The notes under the pieces were generated by a model. It did not search any database. It saw only the letters and a list, made by a program, of their open reading frames with translations, and had not been told where the DNA came from. Made by a program: the position numbers and the translations under genes. A stretch of 64,000 nucleotides of DNA from Chloroflexota bacterium (GTDB taxonomy: Bacteria; Chloroflexota; UBA11872; VXOZ01): contig OZ219802.1 of NCBI GenBank assembly GCA_964291655.2, positions 1,632,001 through 1,696,000 on the forward strand. Reading direction: 5' to 3'. Position 1 is the first letter of the stretch. The number at the start of each line of letters is the position of its first letter. Positions 18,885-28,710 of the stretch are shown here, piece by piece.

Positions 18885-19703
18885 ATGGCAGCAGGAGCCG
18901 CAACCCAAACCACCGCCAGTCCGCTCCGCGAGCAAGCGCTCGATGGAACACCCCTTCACGGCACGCTAGTAATCGATAACCACTGCCACTTGGGCCCGGC
19001 GCCGCACTTCTACCAGACCTACAACGACGCCGCGGGCATGGTGGCCACCATGGACCGCGTCGGCATGGACCAGGCGTGTGTGTTTTCATCCATGGCGATC
19101 CTGTTCGACATGCGCGAGGGCAACGACATGAGCCTGGATGCCGCCCGGCAGTTCCCCGGGCGTCTGCTGGCCTACGGCGTCCCCGATCCCCACGAGGCGG
19201 AACTGGTGCGCGATGAGTTGCAACGGTGCATAGATGCCGGCGCGGTGGGTATCAAGATGCATGCGGGTGTGTCCCAATACCCCTTCGACGGCCCCGGCTA
19301 TCGGCCCGCGTTCGAGCTGGCCGACCGCCACCGCCTGCCCCTTATCAGCCACGGCACGGGCACCCCGGACACGCTGCGCCGCATTGCCCGCGAATACCCC
19401 GGCTGCCACTTTATTGTGGCCCACGCCGCCGGTGCTAGTCCCAGCAAGACCATGGACCTGGTAATGGTGGCGGCCGAGGAACCGAACGTCTACCTGGATA
19501 CGGCGGCCTCCGTCGGCTACTTGGGCGACTTCACCGAGATGGTGCGCCTCGCCGGCGCGAACAAGATCCTCTACGGCTCCGATATGCCCTGGACCTGCGC
19601 CACCTACCAACTCGGCCGCGTCCTCCTCTCCCCCATCACCGAGGCGGAAAAGAAGCTCATCCTCGGCGAAAACCTGGCGGAATTGTTCAAGACCAAGTGC
19701 TAG
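18885..19703 (+). CDS. Amidohydrolase family 2 (TIM-barrel metallohydrolase)
   Basis: IDNHCHLG, GIKMH, IVAHAAG, NVYLDTA, ILYGSDMP. Confidence 0.9.
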   Translation: MAAGAATQTTASPLREQALDGTPLHGTLVIDNHCHLGPAPHFYQTYNDAAGMVATMDRVGMDQACVFSSMAILFDMREGNDMSLDAARQFPGRLLAYGVPDPHEAELVRDELQRCIDAGAVGIKMHAGVSQYPFDGPGYRPAFELADRHRLPLISHGTGTPDTLRRIAREYPGCHFIVAHAAGASPSKTMDLVMVAAEEPNVYLDTAASVGYLGDFTEMVRLAGANKILYGSDMPWTCATYQLGRVLLSPITEAEKKLILGENLAELFKTKC

Positions 19704-19777
19704 GGAACGGTGCACTTTACAACGATTCGACAAGCTCTCTTGCAAGTCTGACATATTCACCGCGTAATGCGAATGAT

Positions 19778-19810
19778 CCGTCATTCCCGCGAATGCGGGA
19801 ATCCATCTTC
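19778..19810. repeat. dRS3-like ATTCCC-N8-GGGAAT palindrome, left member of an inverted pair with 20381-20413
   Basis: CCGTCATTCCCGCGAATGCGGGAATCCATCTTC is the near-perfect reverse complement of 20381-20413. Confidence 0.8.
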
Positions 19811-19879
19811 AATGCCTTTTGGTTTTGTATAGCAGCACGACTCAGAGTCGCTGTCCAAAATCTGGGATTACCTACTTGG

Positions 19880-20044
19880 GCGTGCGCGGCAAGAGCCGAG
19901 TTCGTGCGTCTCGCTGGCATGGCCCACTGCCCCGCCCGCCAAGTCCTGGACGACGGCATCACCAAAATCCTCAACCTCCCCGACCTCAGCACCCTCCGCC
20001 ACCTCCTCGCCTCCGAACCCATCATCTCCAACCGGCGGCTATAA
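19880..20044 (+). pseudogene. 3' remnant of a larger gene (C-terminus ...ARQVLDDGITKILNLPDLSTLRHLLASEPIISNRRL)
   Basis: Strong C-ending codon bias over only ~50 codons and no start; tail reminiscent of large DNA methylase/type IIG RM proteins (unverified). Confidence 0.4.
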
Positions 20045-20098
20045 ACCGTACTGAGAGTGGGTGGCTCCAACATGAGTGATTTCCAGTGAGGAACAAAA

Positions 20099-20323
20099 GT
20101 GATAGACATTACGCTTAGTGCTGACGAAAGCTTGCTTGAAACGGCGCGGCGACGGGCTGTAGCGGAGGGGACGACTCTGGATGCGCTCTCTCGGCGGTGG
20201 CTGGCGGAGTACGTGGGGCGGGAGCGGCAGGCTGAGGCGGCGATGGCGGCTATTCGGGAGTTGCAGGAGACGATCGATACCGGCGGGCGCAAGTTCACGC
20301 GGGATGAGATGAACGAGCGGTAG
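20099..20323 (+). CDS. RHH/CopG-like antitoxin (DUF6364-like), toxin partner absent
   Basis: ITLSADESLLETARRRAVAEGTTLDALSRRWLAEY and GRKFTRDEMNER tail typical of PIN-associated antitoxins. Confidence 0.75.
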   Translation: MIDITLSADESLLETARRRAVAEGTTLDALSRRWLAEYVGRERQAEAAMAAIRELQETIDTGGRKFTRDEMNER

Positions 20324-20380
20324 TGAGTGATTAGTCTCATGTGTGCTGGTCTACCGTTCAAAGAGAAGGCCGGTCAAAGA

Positions 20381-20413
20381 GAAGATGGATTCCCGCTTTC
20401 GCGGGAATGACGG
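20381..20413. repeat. dRS3-like palindrome, right member of the inverted pair
   Basis: GAAGATGGATTCCCGCTTTCGCGGGAATGACGG. Confidence 0.8.
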
Positions 20414-20577
20414 ACTACGCGCCCCTCGCGTTACCCTCTTAACCCTTGCTCTTTTGCACGTCTTCTCCAACACAAAAATGACGGACTACGAGGCGCAGTC
20501 TTTACCTTCCGTACTTGGGGCATCTATTGTGGTTAAGTACGCAGTGAATTCGATGCAGCATTCGACAGGAGCAATTC

Positions 20578-20949
20578 ATGGAACTCGGAGCATTCTCAGT
20601 GAGTTTGGCGGTGAAGGACATCGCGGCTTCGCGGAAGTTTTATGCGAAGTTTGGGTTTGAGGTCGTGGGCGGCGATGCGGCGCAGCATTGGCTCATTCTC
20701 AGGAACGGCACCACCACGATTGGGCTCTTTCAGGGGATGTTCGAGCAGAATATCCTCACCTTCAATCCGGGGTGGGACTGGCAGGCGCAGCCGGTGGAGA
20801 GTTTTTCCGACGTGCGCGAGTTGCAGCGGCAGCTCAAGGCGCAGGGCGTGGAGCTCATGAACGAGGCGGATGAGGACACCACCGGCCCGGCGAGCTTTGT
20901 GGCGGTGGACCCGGACGGCAATGCCATCCTGGTGGACCAGCACATTTGA
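20578..20949 (+). CDS. VOC/glyoxalase family protein
   Basis: [37 protein letters not shown]. Confidence 0.9.
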   Translation: MELGAFSVSLAVKDIAASRKFYAKFGFEVVGGDAAQHWLILRNGTTTIGLFQGMFEQNILTFNPGWDWQAQPVESFSDVRELQRQLKAQGVELMNEADEDTTGPASFVAVDPDGNAILVDQHI

Positions 20950-21074
20950 GTCTGCGGGCATACTGTTGTCCCAAGACTGATGTGCACCGGTTAAGAGGGT
21001 CTCTGGCGGGTAGCGTTGTTTGCGAAAAGATAAACATGCGATAATAAGAGAACCGATTATTCTCACTATCGCTA

Positions 21075-22247
21075 ATGGGAAGCGCCGTGGAAACTGCGTC
21101 CGAAACCAACCGCCGTCCTCACGGTCGTCTCGTAAACTGTCCAGGCGGCTACCGGGCGTATGTGCCGTTTCCCTTGCCGCCGCCTCTGACGTGGGGGCAA
21201 GAACTCACCATCTGCCTCTCTCCAGCCGACCGGGCTATTGGCGAGCTCGCGGCTGAAGGTAGGCGGCTTCCCAATCCCCATCTTCTGCTCCGGCCTTTCG
21301 TGCGCAAGGAGGCCGTTCTCTCCAGCCGCATCGAGGGAACTCAAACGACCCTCGAGGAACTGCTGGCCGCCGAGGCTGGCGCGGCCGGAGTGCACGGATC
21401 TGCCGATCTGCGGGAGGTGGCCAACTACGTTACGGCCTTGGAGTACGGACTAGAACGACTCAAGACCTTGCCCGTATCGTTGCGCCTGGTGCGAGAGTTG
21501 CACGAAGCGCTCATGCGGGGCGTGCGGGGAGACGTCGCCACACCCGGGGAGTTTCGGCGCAGCCAGAATTGGATCGGGCCGCCCGGATGCACCCTGAACG
21601 AAGCTACATACGTCCCGCCGCCGCCAGCGGACATCATGGCCTGCCTGGACGCCTGGGAACGGTTTCTCCACAACGACGCCCTGCCTCCGCTCATTCACGC
21701 CGGTCTGGCGCATGCCCAATTCGAGGCGATACATCCCTTTCTCGACGGTAACGGGCGCGTGGGCCGCCTGCTCATCACACTGCTGCTCATCGAGCGGGAA
21801 ATCATCTCTTCCCCACTGCTCTATCTAAGCGCTTTCTTCGAGACTACGCGGGAAGAGTACTACGCGCGCCTGCTGGGTGTGACGGCGCGCGGCGCATGGG
21901 AAGAGTGGTTAACCTATTTCCTGAGAGGTGTCGCACTCCAGTCACAGGACGCTGTGGAACGGATTCGACGCATCGACCACCACTTCTCTCGCTGGAAACA
22001 AGAGATGGCACGCGGTCGGTCTCAGCTCCCGGTAAGGGCGCTCGACCTCTTTGCCGAGAATCCCTTCTGGACAGTGGGCGGCGTCGCAAGCAGGCTGGAG
22101 GTGGCGTTCACGACCGCGCAACGCGCCCTCGACCGGTTAGAGGCGGCGGGCATCGTTTCCCAGGTTGGGCGGAGACGGCGCAATCGCGTCTATCGAGCTG
22201 AGAAGATCCTCAGTGTGCTGGAGGAGCCGCTGCGCCTGGCAAAGTAG
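21075..22247 (+). CDS. Fic-domain protein (class II, with C-terminal HTH)
   Basis: Inhibitory SSRIEG, PGEFRRSQNWIG, catalytic HPFLDGNGRVGR. Confidence 0.93.
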   Translation: MGSAVETASETNRRPHGRLVNCPGGYRAYVPFPLPPPLTWGQELTICLSPADRAIGELAAEGRRLPNPHLLLRPFVRKEAVLSSRIEGTQTTLEELLAAEAGAAGVHGSADLREVANYVTALEYGLERLKTLPVSLRLVRELHEALMRGVRGDVATPGEFRRSQNWIGPPGCTLNEATYVPPPPADIMACLDAWERFLHNDALPPLIHAGLAHAQFEAIHPFLDGNGRVGRLLITLLLIEREIISSPLLYLSAFFETTREEYYARLLGVTARGAWEEWLTYFLRGVALQSQDAVERIRRIDHHFSRWKQEMARGRSQLPVRALDLFAENPFWTVGGVASRLEVAFTTAQRALDRLEAAGIVSQVGRRRRNRVYRAEKILSVLEEPLRLAK

Positions 22248-22327
22248 AGACTTTGAACATGCAGACAATGCGCCGCTGCCTACTATGGCCAATAGCGGCG
22301 CTTGGAGAGAGACCTAGTCACGCTGCG

Positions 22328-23386
22328 TTACGCTGGAACAAACGCCAAGTACACCTGCGCGTGCCCGGTGATGTCCGACGTGTAGACCACAGCGCTGCCG
22401 TCGGGGGTGTACGACGGGTGGGGGTGCGACCACTGGGGTCCGTAGGCGTCGTCGGGCGCGGTCTCGCCGAAATACGGCAGCGGTTCCGCCCACTGGAATC
22501 CTTGCGAGGAGGCTTGCGGGTAGCAGAGCGCCTCGCGAGCGCCGGACGTCGGATCGATGAGTTGCAGCCCCACGTCGGGCAGTGTGGTGTCGCAGACGAT
22601 TTGCGCACCGTCGCGGCGGGGCGCGGGATGCCAACAATTGAACGCCGCTACGTCACGTTCGCCACTGCCGTCGCGGCGGATGGCTTTCAGCGCGTGCGGC
22701 CAATAGGTAAAGATGATCTCGTCGTTGGAGAGCCAGGCTTCGTGGGTAATCCACTCTTCACGGGTCTGGTCGCGCAGCGGACGCGGGTTCGAGCCGTCGG
22801 CTTCCACCAGCCACATGCGCGGTAGGTCGGACGAAAAGAGCACCGTGCGCCCATCGGGACTCCACTGCGCGTGGGCCACAAGCTGATCGGTGCCGAAGAG
22901 CACGCGTTCGCCGCCGCCATCGGTGCGTACCACCAGGATGATGTTCTTGCCGTCCCTCTGGGCCGCCAGCAGGATTTCCGAGCCGTCGGGGCTAATCGAG
23001 CAGTTGCCGAGCCAAGACGAGGGCGGCAGGTTCGTGAGCACCCTCTCTTGGAGCGTTGCCGTGTCAATGGCGCGCAACTGGGTCGTCGCGGCATAGTAGA
23101 CGTGTTTGCCGTCGGGCGAAACGCACGCCGACCACGGTGAAACGTCACCGCTCGTCGTGAGTTGCTGCAGTGCGCCGTCAGGTAACTGAATGCCGTAGAG
23201 ATTGGGCGCGCCGGCGCGGTACGACGTGATGATAAGCATGTCGTGGGTGGCCCCAGCCCAGGCGGGATTGAGAAAGTACGGCGCGTGATTCACGCACGGC
23301 GCGTCGGTCAATTGCCAGATGGCAGCGCCGGTCCGCTCGTCTTGGAGTACTTTCTTTTCGGTTGGTAATTGCGTGGCTATGCTCAT
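22328..23386 (-). CDS. Oligogalacturonate lyase-like / TolB-type beta-propeller
   Basis: DERTGAAIWQLT, repeated SPDG, AHAQWSPDG, ITHEAW, HPHPSYTPDG. Confidence 0.8.
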   Translation of the reverse strand: MSIATQLPTEKKVLQDERTGAAIWQLTDAPCVNHAPYFLNPAWAGATHDMLIITSYRAGAPNLYGIQLPDGALQQLTTSGDVSPWSACVSPDGKHVYYAATTQLRAIDTATLQERVLTNLPPSSWLGNCSISPDGSEILLAAQRDGKNIILVVRTDGGGERVLFGTDQLVAHAQWSPDGRTVLFSSDLPRMWLVEADGSNPRPLRDQTREEWITHEAWLSNDEIIFTYWPHALKAIRRDGSGERDVAAFNCWHPAPRRDGAQIVCDTTLPDVGLQLIDPTSGAREALCYPQASSQGFQWAEPLPYFGETAPDDAYGPQWSHPHPSYTPDGSAVVYTSDITGHAQVYLAFVPA

Positions 23387-23701
23387 CTTCACTCCTCTTT
23401 CGCTGCTTTACTTGGCTCATCGTTGCCTATGCAGGAAACATTGCTTGCGCGATACTGTCTAACAGGCAGGATAGGACTTTGGCCGGCCAAATGGGCACCC
23501 TCACTCCGGCCCTCACCCACGGAAAGACTTGCCTAGACCTTGCCGAGGCGAGACAGTCTCCACTCATGAGGGAGACCATTGCGTAGTTACCAGTGTAGGG
23601 GCGAAAATTAGGTAATTCAACCCCAAGTCGTGGGGAGGGCGCAATGCAGCGCGAATTGCGTCGACCGTCACTGGCGGGGTTCTTACTGCCGGAGTCGTTG
23701 T

Positions 23702-23956
23702 TGTATGTGTTGAGTAATTCGCTGACTAAAACCTCTACTCACTGGACTGTGTCGAACGTACATGTCATTCCGAGCGAAGCGTCGAACCCTGTTCGCGGAA
23801 TCTAGGGTCCATGCTTTACACAGCACAATGGCTTCAGCACTCTATATTCCTCACTCCGCTGCGCTCCGTTCGGAATGACATGAATGTAGGCAAGCGCAGA
23901 GTCTTACCCCCGTGACTCTTCTACCAAATCTGTCAACGAATTACCTGACTCTTACA
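23702..23956. mobile_element. Family-A MITE variant (reverse orientation)
   Basis: TGTATGTGTTGAGTAATTCGCTGAC / TGTCAACGAATTACCTGACTCTTACA ends; internal GTCATTCCGAGCG...CGGAATGAC doublet; GTTG on both flanks. Confidence 0.68.
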
Positions 23957-24499
23957 GTTGGGACACAGTGAAGCGAGCGGTTGATAGAGGAGTGGGTGGC
24001 CACGTTGATGCGGGGACTGTGATGAAGGCTGACTTCGTCAAGGACACCCACTTTGGCTGCCAAACGCACGGAGAGGTAGAAAGTAGGACGCAGTATCGGG
24101 GTACGGCTACCAGCGGATACAGTACCGTGGACTGGAACGCGACGCCATGACTGTGTGACTAGCAGTGCGGCCAGCGCTGACGGCATGCAACTTGAGGAAG
24201 GTGGTGGCACTAACGGCAGAGGCAAGATAGAGTGTAACCACAGGGGAAAGAGCAGAGGATTCGCGCTCGCCACGGCAATAAAGGCACAATCAAGACCGTT
24301 CTGCCAGCGATCTGAGGCTGCGGGCAGAACAGGAAGCTGTGTTACCCAACCCAAAGAGCCGCGCCGCATGCCGCACCGGAGTAGTGCAAGGGTCTCCGCC
24401 GGGAGAGTGAGTAGTTCTTGAGAGCGCGAAATTCCTTGTCCTGCATGGACAAACAGGCTGTTTCCCGTCACGTCTTGTTTAGCACAAGGAGGACCACGC

Positions 24500-25462
24500 A
24501 TGAGAGTAGGATTTGGTCAATTCCGTGACCCGTCGCCGGAATATCTCCAATTCGCCGCGCAATACGGCGCAACGGACGTGCTGGTGAACACGGCGAACTT
24601 GCCGGGCGACAACGGGCGCTGGGAGCTGGACGACCTCGTGAAGCTCCGCGAGACCATCGAGCAATACGGCCTAAAGCTCTCGGCCTTGGAAAACGTGCCG
24701 GTCGAGTTCTACGACCACGTGATGCTGGGCGGTCCGCGCCGCGATGAACAGATTGAGAACATGGTCGCCACTATCCGCAACATGGCACGGGCGGGTATTC
24801 CAATCTTTGGCTATCATTGGATGCCGTCGCACGTCTGGCGCACCACGCCTGCGGAGATTCGCTGTGGAGCCGTCGCGACCGCCTTCGACTACGCCGAGGC
24901 CGAGCAAGAGCCGATCAGTCACGGGCGCGAGTACACCGAAGAGGAAGTCTGGGAAAACCTGGAATACTGGATCAAGCTCATCACGCCCATCGCCGAGGAA
25001 GAAGGCATCCGCCTGGGCATTCATCCCTGCGATCCGCCCATGGAGCGGCTCGGCGGCATTCCCCTGCTCTTCCGCAATTTCGACTCTTACAAGCGGCTGA
25101 TCGAGATCTATCCTTCCGATTACAACGCCATCGAGTTCTGCCAGGGCACATTTGCCGAGATGCAGGGCGAGGATATCTACGAGATGATTCGCTATTTTGG
25201 CGAGCGCAAGAAGATTCTTTATGTCCACTTCCGCAACGTCTCGAGTCCGGTGCCGAAGTTCCAGGAAGAGTTCATCAACACCGGCTACGTGGACATGCAC
25301 AAGACGATGCAGATCTACCACGAAGTGGGCTTCGATGGCTTCTTCATCGACGACCACGTGCCGCAGACCGACGGCGATTCAGCCTGGGGCCACCGCGGCC
25401 GGGCGTTTGCCAACGGCTACATCCAAGCGTTGATTGACGTGGTGACGAAAGAGGGGAACTAG
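24500..25462 (+). CDS. uxuA: Mannonate dehydratase
   Basis: GGPRRDEQIEN, YHWMP, GIHPCDPP, EFCQG, YVHFRNV, DDHVP, AFANGYI. Confidence 0.9.
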   Translation: MRVGFGQFRDPSPEYLQFAAQYGATDVLVNTANLPGDNGRWELDDLVKLRETIEQYGLKLSALENVPVEFYDHVMLGGPRRDEQIENMVATIRNMARAGIPIFGYHWMPSHVWRTTPAEIRCGAVATAFDYAEAEQEPISHGREYTEEEVWENLEYWIKLITPIAEEEGIRLGIHPCDPPMERLGGIPLLFRNFDSYKRLIEIYPSDYNAIEFCQGTFAEMQGEDIYEMIRYFGERKKILYVHFRNVSSPVPKFQEEFINTGYVDMHKTMQIYHEVGFDGFFIDDHVPQTDGDSAWGHRGRAFANGYIQALIDVVTKEGN

Positions 25463-25503
25463 CGTTCTGTGTCTGAAGTCCAATTTGCTGGCTGTTAGTC
25501 ATT

Positions 25504-26157
25504 TTATTTGCGCCTTCGAAACTTCTCCCTGAGCGGATAGATGTCAAATGATGCCCAGCAAGACGTGGCAAGGTGGGCACCGGAAGGAGGAAAGCCCGCC
25601 TGGATCATCTTCAAGCCCCGTGCATCAAGGAACTCAACAGCCGGAACAAAGTCGCTGTCGGATGAAACGACAACGCCAACGTCGTAGGCTTCCTCCCATG
25701 CAAGGCGAACCATATCCGTTACCATAGCGGTGTCGATGCCTTTTTCTTCTGTCGCAGCTATCCGCTCATTGCAATGGGGACACCGTTCGATTGACCTCTT
25801 GCATTTTGGGCATGTAGGGACACGTTTCGGGCGTCTTTCTTTTACCACTACCTGTATGCCTGGCTGTCGGTCAAGCCATGTCGTCAACCACGTCCTGAGA
25901 GGAGCATCTGCTTCGCCAACTCTGTACGAGGCATAGACTATAGCGCCATCGTACGAGTAATCCTGCAGGCCGACTATGTTTGCAGCTTCGGAGGCCATGA
26001 TGCGAGGGAATAAGGCCCAGTCTAGATCGAAACGGGCGTCGGCATTACCGACATATTTGCCCTCTCTGCTATTGAGCGAAATCTGGAGATTCCAGAAGTC
26101 AATAAACACTCTTATGCGGTCTCGTCTGTGTGGCTGCAATTGTTGTTCGATAGCCAT
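25504..26157 (-). CDS. NYN-domain (LabA/PIN-like) ribonuclease with CxxC-x7-CxxC zinc ribbon
   Basis: VFIDFWN, EEKGID, VVSSDSDFVPAV; CPKC...CPHC insertion. Confidence 0.9.
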   Translation of the reverse strand: MAIEQQLQPHRRDRIRVFIDFWNLQISLNSREGKYVGNADARFDLDWALFPRIMASEAANIVGLQDYSYDGAIVYASYRVGEADAPLRTWLTTWLDRQPGIQVVVKERRPKRVPTCPKCKRSIERCPHCNERIAATEEKGIDTAMVTDMVRLAWEEAYDVGVVVSSDSDFVPAVEFLDARGLKMIQAGFPPSGAHLATSCWASFDIYPLREKFRRRK

Positions 26158-26173
26158 GAGCGCAAATATGATT

Positions 26174-26262
26174 CAAGGGGTGCATTATGGATAACGCACC
26201 CCTTGGGGATAGAACTATCAGCAGCCGCCCAAAAGGGTTACTTTAACGCCGCTGATGGGCTT
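26174..26262 (-). ncRNA. Candidate structured leader RNA / RNA antitoxin upstream of the NYN gene
   Basis: Hairpins 26217-26256 and 26174-26205 between a perfect TATAAT (26273-26278) and the ATG. Confidence 0.45.
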
Positions 26263-26577
26263 ATATGCCTATATTATAGACTATCGAATCGAAATAGTGC
26301 CAAGAATTATTCACTCTGGAGGCTTCTGGCACTACTCTTGCGGAAAAGAAGGGCTGGTTCATTGCCAATTTCGGCGTCACTTCTTCGCAGGATTTCTTAC
26401 AGGATTCTGCGGTTTTCCAGGTCTCCGCACTATAGGAGTATCATACATTGAGTAGATTTCGACTGAGAATCTAAGCAAGAATTGGGCCCTTCGCCTCCCG
26501 CAACGCGTCCGTTTTCTCACGTTCAGCATTACCCGCTGAATTCCTCACTTCTCCCAATAGCACAATAAGGAGCAAGC

Positions 26578-27618
26578 ATGGCTACAGATTCTACCGCTGC
26601 TGCGCTACACAACTCGTCCCTCGTCATCGACTCCCACAATGACGCTATCGTCGCCTATCTGCTGCGCAAAGGGGAGAGCATTGCCGGTCCGGATGCGCCG
26701 GCGCGCGCGGAGCCGGAGAGCGTGGTGACGTTCCTGCGGGGTTCGTTCATGCCCGGCGGACGCGAGATGCAGGTAAACATCCCGAAGCTCCGCGCGGGGG
26801 GCATCGACGTCGTCTACTGCGCGGTGGACGTCACCCGCGCCTGGGGCAATCACCTGCTCTACGCCATGGATGCCTTTGGCTGGTTCCTGGCCGAGGTGGA
26901 CTCCCATGCCGATCAGATTGCCATTGCGACCACGGCGGAAGAGATTGAAGCCATCGCGGCGAGCGGCCGTATCGCCGCCGTGCTCACCATCGAGAATTCC
27001 GAGGTCTTGGAGCGCAGCCTCTGGGTGCTGCCGGTGCTCCAGCGTCTCGGCGTGCGCTCCATGACGCTCACGTGGAGCTACCGCGCGCATGCCGCCGACG
27101 GTGCGTTCGAGAACGTGACCGGCGGCGGCCTGACGCACTTTGGGCGCGATCTGGTGCGCTCCATGAACGAACTCGGCATGATGGTGGACATCTCGCACAT
27201 CAGCGACCAGGGCTTCTGGGACGTGATGGACGTGACGGACGCACCCATCATCGGCTCCCACAACGCCTGCCGCGCCCTGTGCGAGCACCCGCGCAACCTC
27301 ACCGACGACCAGATTCGCGCCGTGGCAGACAACGGCGGCGTGATCGGCGTGACGTACGTGCCCGCGTTCGTGGATGCCGACGAAAGCAAGCGCACGCTGG
27401 ACCGTCTGCTTGATCACTTCGACCACATCGCACAGGTAGCCGGCACCGACTGCGTCGGCCTGGGCTCGGACTTCGATGGCGGCGGTGACGTGCTCAAGGA
27501 CGCCACCGTGGTGCCGCAGATCACCGAGGGCTTGCTGGCCCGCGGCTGGCAGGAAGACGACCTCCAGAAAATGCTGGGGCTCAACCACTTGCGTGTCTTC
27601 CGCCAAGTGTGCGGCTGA
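26578..27618 (+). CDS. Membrane (renal-type, M19) dipeptidase
   Basis: IDSHND, TIEN, GLTHFGR, VDISH, SHNA, PRNLTD, GLGSDFDG. Confidence 0.93.
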   Translation: MATDSTAAALHNSSLVIDSHNDAIVAYLLRKGESIAGPDAPARAEPESVVTFLRGSFMPGGREMQVNIPKLRAGGIDVVYCAVDVTRAWGNHLLYAMDAFGWFLAEVDSHADQIAIATTAEEIEAIAASGRIAAVLTIENSEVLERSLWVLPVLQRLGVRSMTLTWSYRAHAADGAFENVTGGGLTHFGRDLVRSMNELGMMVDISHISDQGFWDVMDVTDAPIIGSHNACRALCEHPRNLTDDQIRAVADNGGVIGVTYVPAFVDADESKRTLDRLLDHFDHIAQVAGTDCVGLGSDFDGGGDVLKDATVVPQITEGLLARGWQEDDLQKMLGLNHLRVFRQVCG

Positions 27619-27747
27619 GCGCGCACAAGCTCCCCAGCAGCTATGCTAATCTGGGAAGTGAGAGTAGCTGTGTCCGGCACGAGCCGATGATGAAGCACTA
27701 CGGTATCGCGCTGATCAATTTGCGGTTTAGGCTCTTACTTCGTGCTC

Positions 27748-27809
27748 CGCAGGTTACAAACCTGCGCTACCGGGGCTCCGCGGCTCCGCAGGTTACAAAC
27801 CTACGCTAC
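27748..27809 (-). repeat. Two GTAG-type REPs (GTAGCGCAGGTTTGTAACCTGCG)
   Basis: CGCAGGTTACAAACCTGCGCTAC at 27748 and a variant at 27787. Confidence 0.8.
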
Positions 27810-27981
27810 CGGAGAAAGGATCTCGGCATAGGGCAGGTGCGCTCGATTGGATTGCGTCTTTTAGCTTGGCAGCTATTCCCAAAGTAGCGGCCATTGAGGC
27901 GCATACTTCAGCGTAAGAACCTGATCAAGCGGCAGATGCGGATAGGACTTTGGGCAGGTGTGGAAAGTAGGGAGAACAACG

Positions 27982-28650
27982 ATGGAACTCGGACGATTCC
28001 TTTCAAGTTTTGGCAGACAGTCAGGCGACGACGCGGTAATGCCGGAGAGCGTGCGCGAAGAAGCCAAAGACGCGCTCGACGCCCGGCCCACTGACCAATC
28101 GCGCGTGCCGCCGGGCCAGTGGATAACCCGCGGCTGGCCGGTGCTCACCTACGGCTCCACGCCCCGTTTCGATCCCGCCAGATGGGACCTGCGCATCGTC
28201 GGCCTCGTCGAGAATCCGCTGACCTGGGACTACGAGACCTTCATGAACTTGCCTACCAAGAAGGTGCTCTGCGACATCCACTGCGTCACCACGTGGAGCC
28301 TGCTCGACAACGTCTTTGAGGGCGTGCCGGCTCTGTATGTAGCCGAACAAGCCCAGATATCGCCCAGCGCCACCCACGTCATCGCCCACGCCGAACAGGG
28401 CTACACCGCCAACCTGCCGCTGGCGGACTTCCTGCGCGACGACGTGCTGCTGGCGTACAAACACAACGGCGAGAATCTCGCGCACGACCACGGCTGGCCG
28501 CTGCGCTTGATGGTGCCGCACCTCTACTTCTGGAAGAGCGCCAAGTGGCTGCGCGGCCTGGAATTCGTGAACGCCGACGCCCCCGGCTTCTGGGAACAAC
28601 GCGGCTACCACATGCGCGGCGACCCCTGGACCGAAGAGCGCTACGGCTAG
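27982..28650 (+). CDS. Sulfite oxidase-like molybdopterin oxidoreductase (YuiH/YedY-like)
   Basis: RVPPGQW, DIHCVTTWS, YTANLPL, HGWPLRL, YFWKSAKW, GFWEQRGYH. Confidence 0.92.
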   Translation: MELGRFLSSFGRQSGDDAVMPESVREEAKDALDARPTDQSRVPPGQWITRGWPVLTYGSTPRFDPARWDLRIVGLVENPLTWDYETFMNLPTKKVLCDIHCVTTWSLLDNVFEGVPALYVAEQAQISPSATHVIAHAEQGYTANLPLADFLRDDVLLAYKHNGENLAHDHGWPLRLMVPHLYFWKSAKWLRGLEFVNADAPGFWEQRGYHMRGDPWTEERYG

Positions 28651-28710
28651 CGCAGCGGTGCAATATTTAAGGCCATCAAGATCGAGTTGTGGAGTATGGC
28701 GGACTTTTCA

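Noticed and set aside
23941-24501. 186-aa minus-strand ORF upstream of uxuA
   Set aside because: Non-protein-like composition, ends inside a MITE, and overlaps the uxuA start
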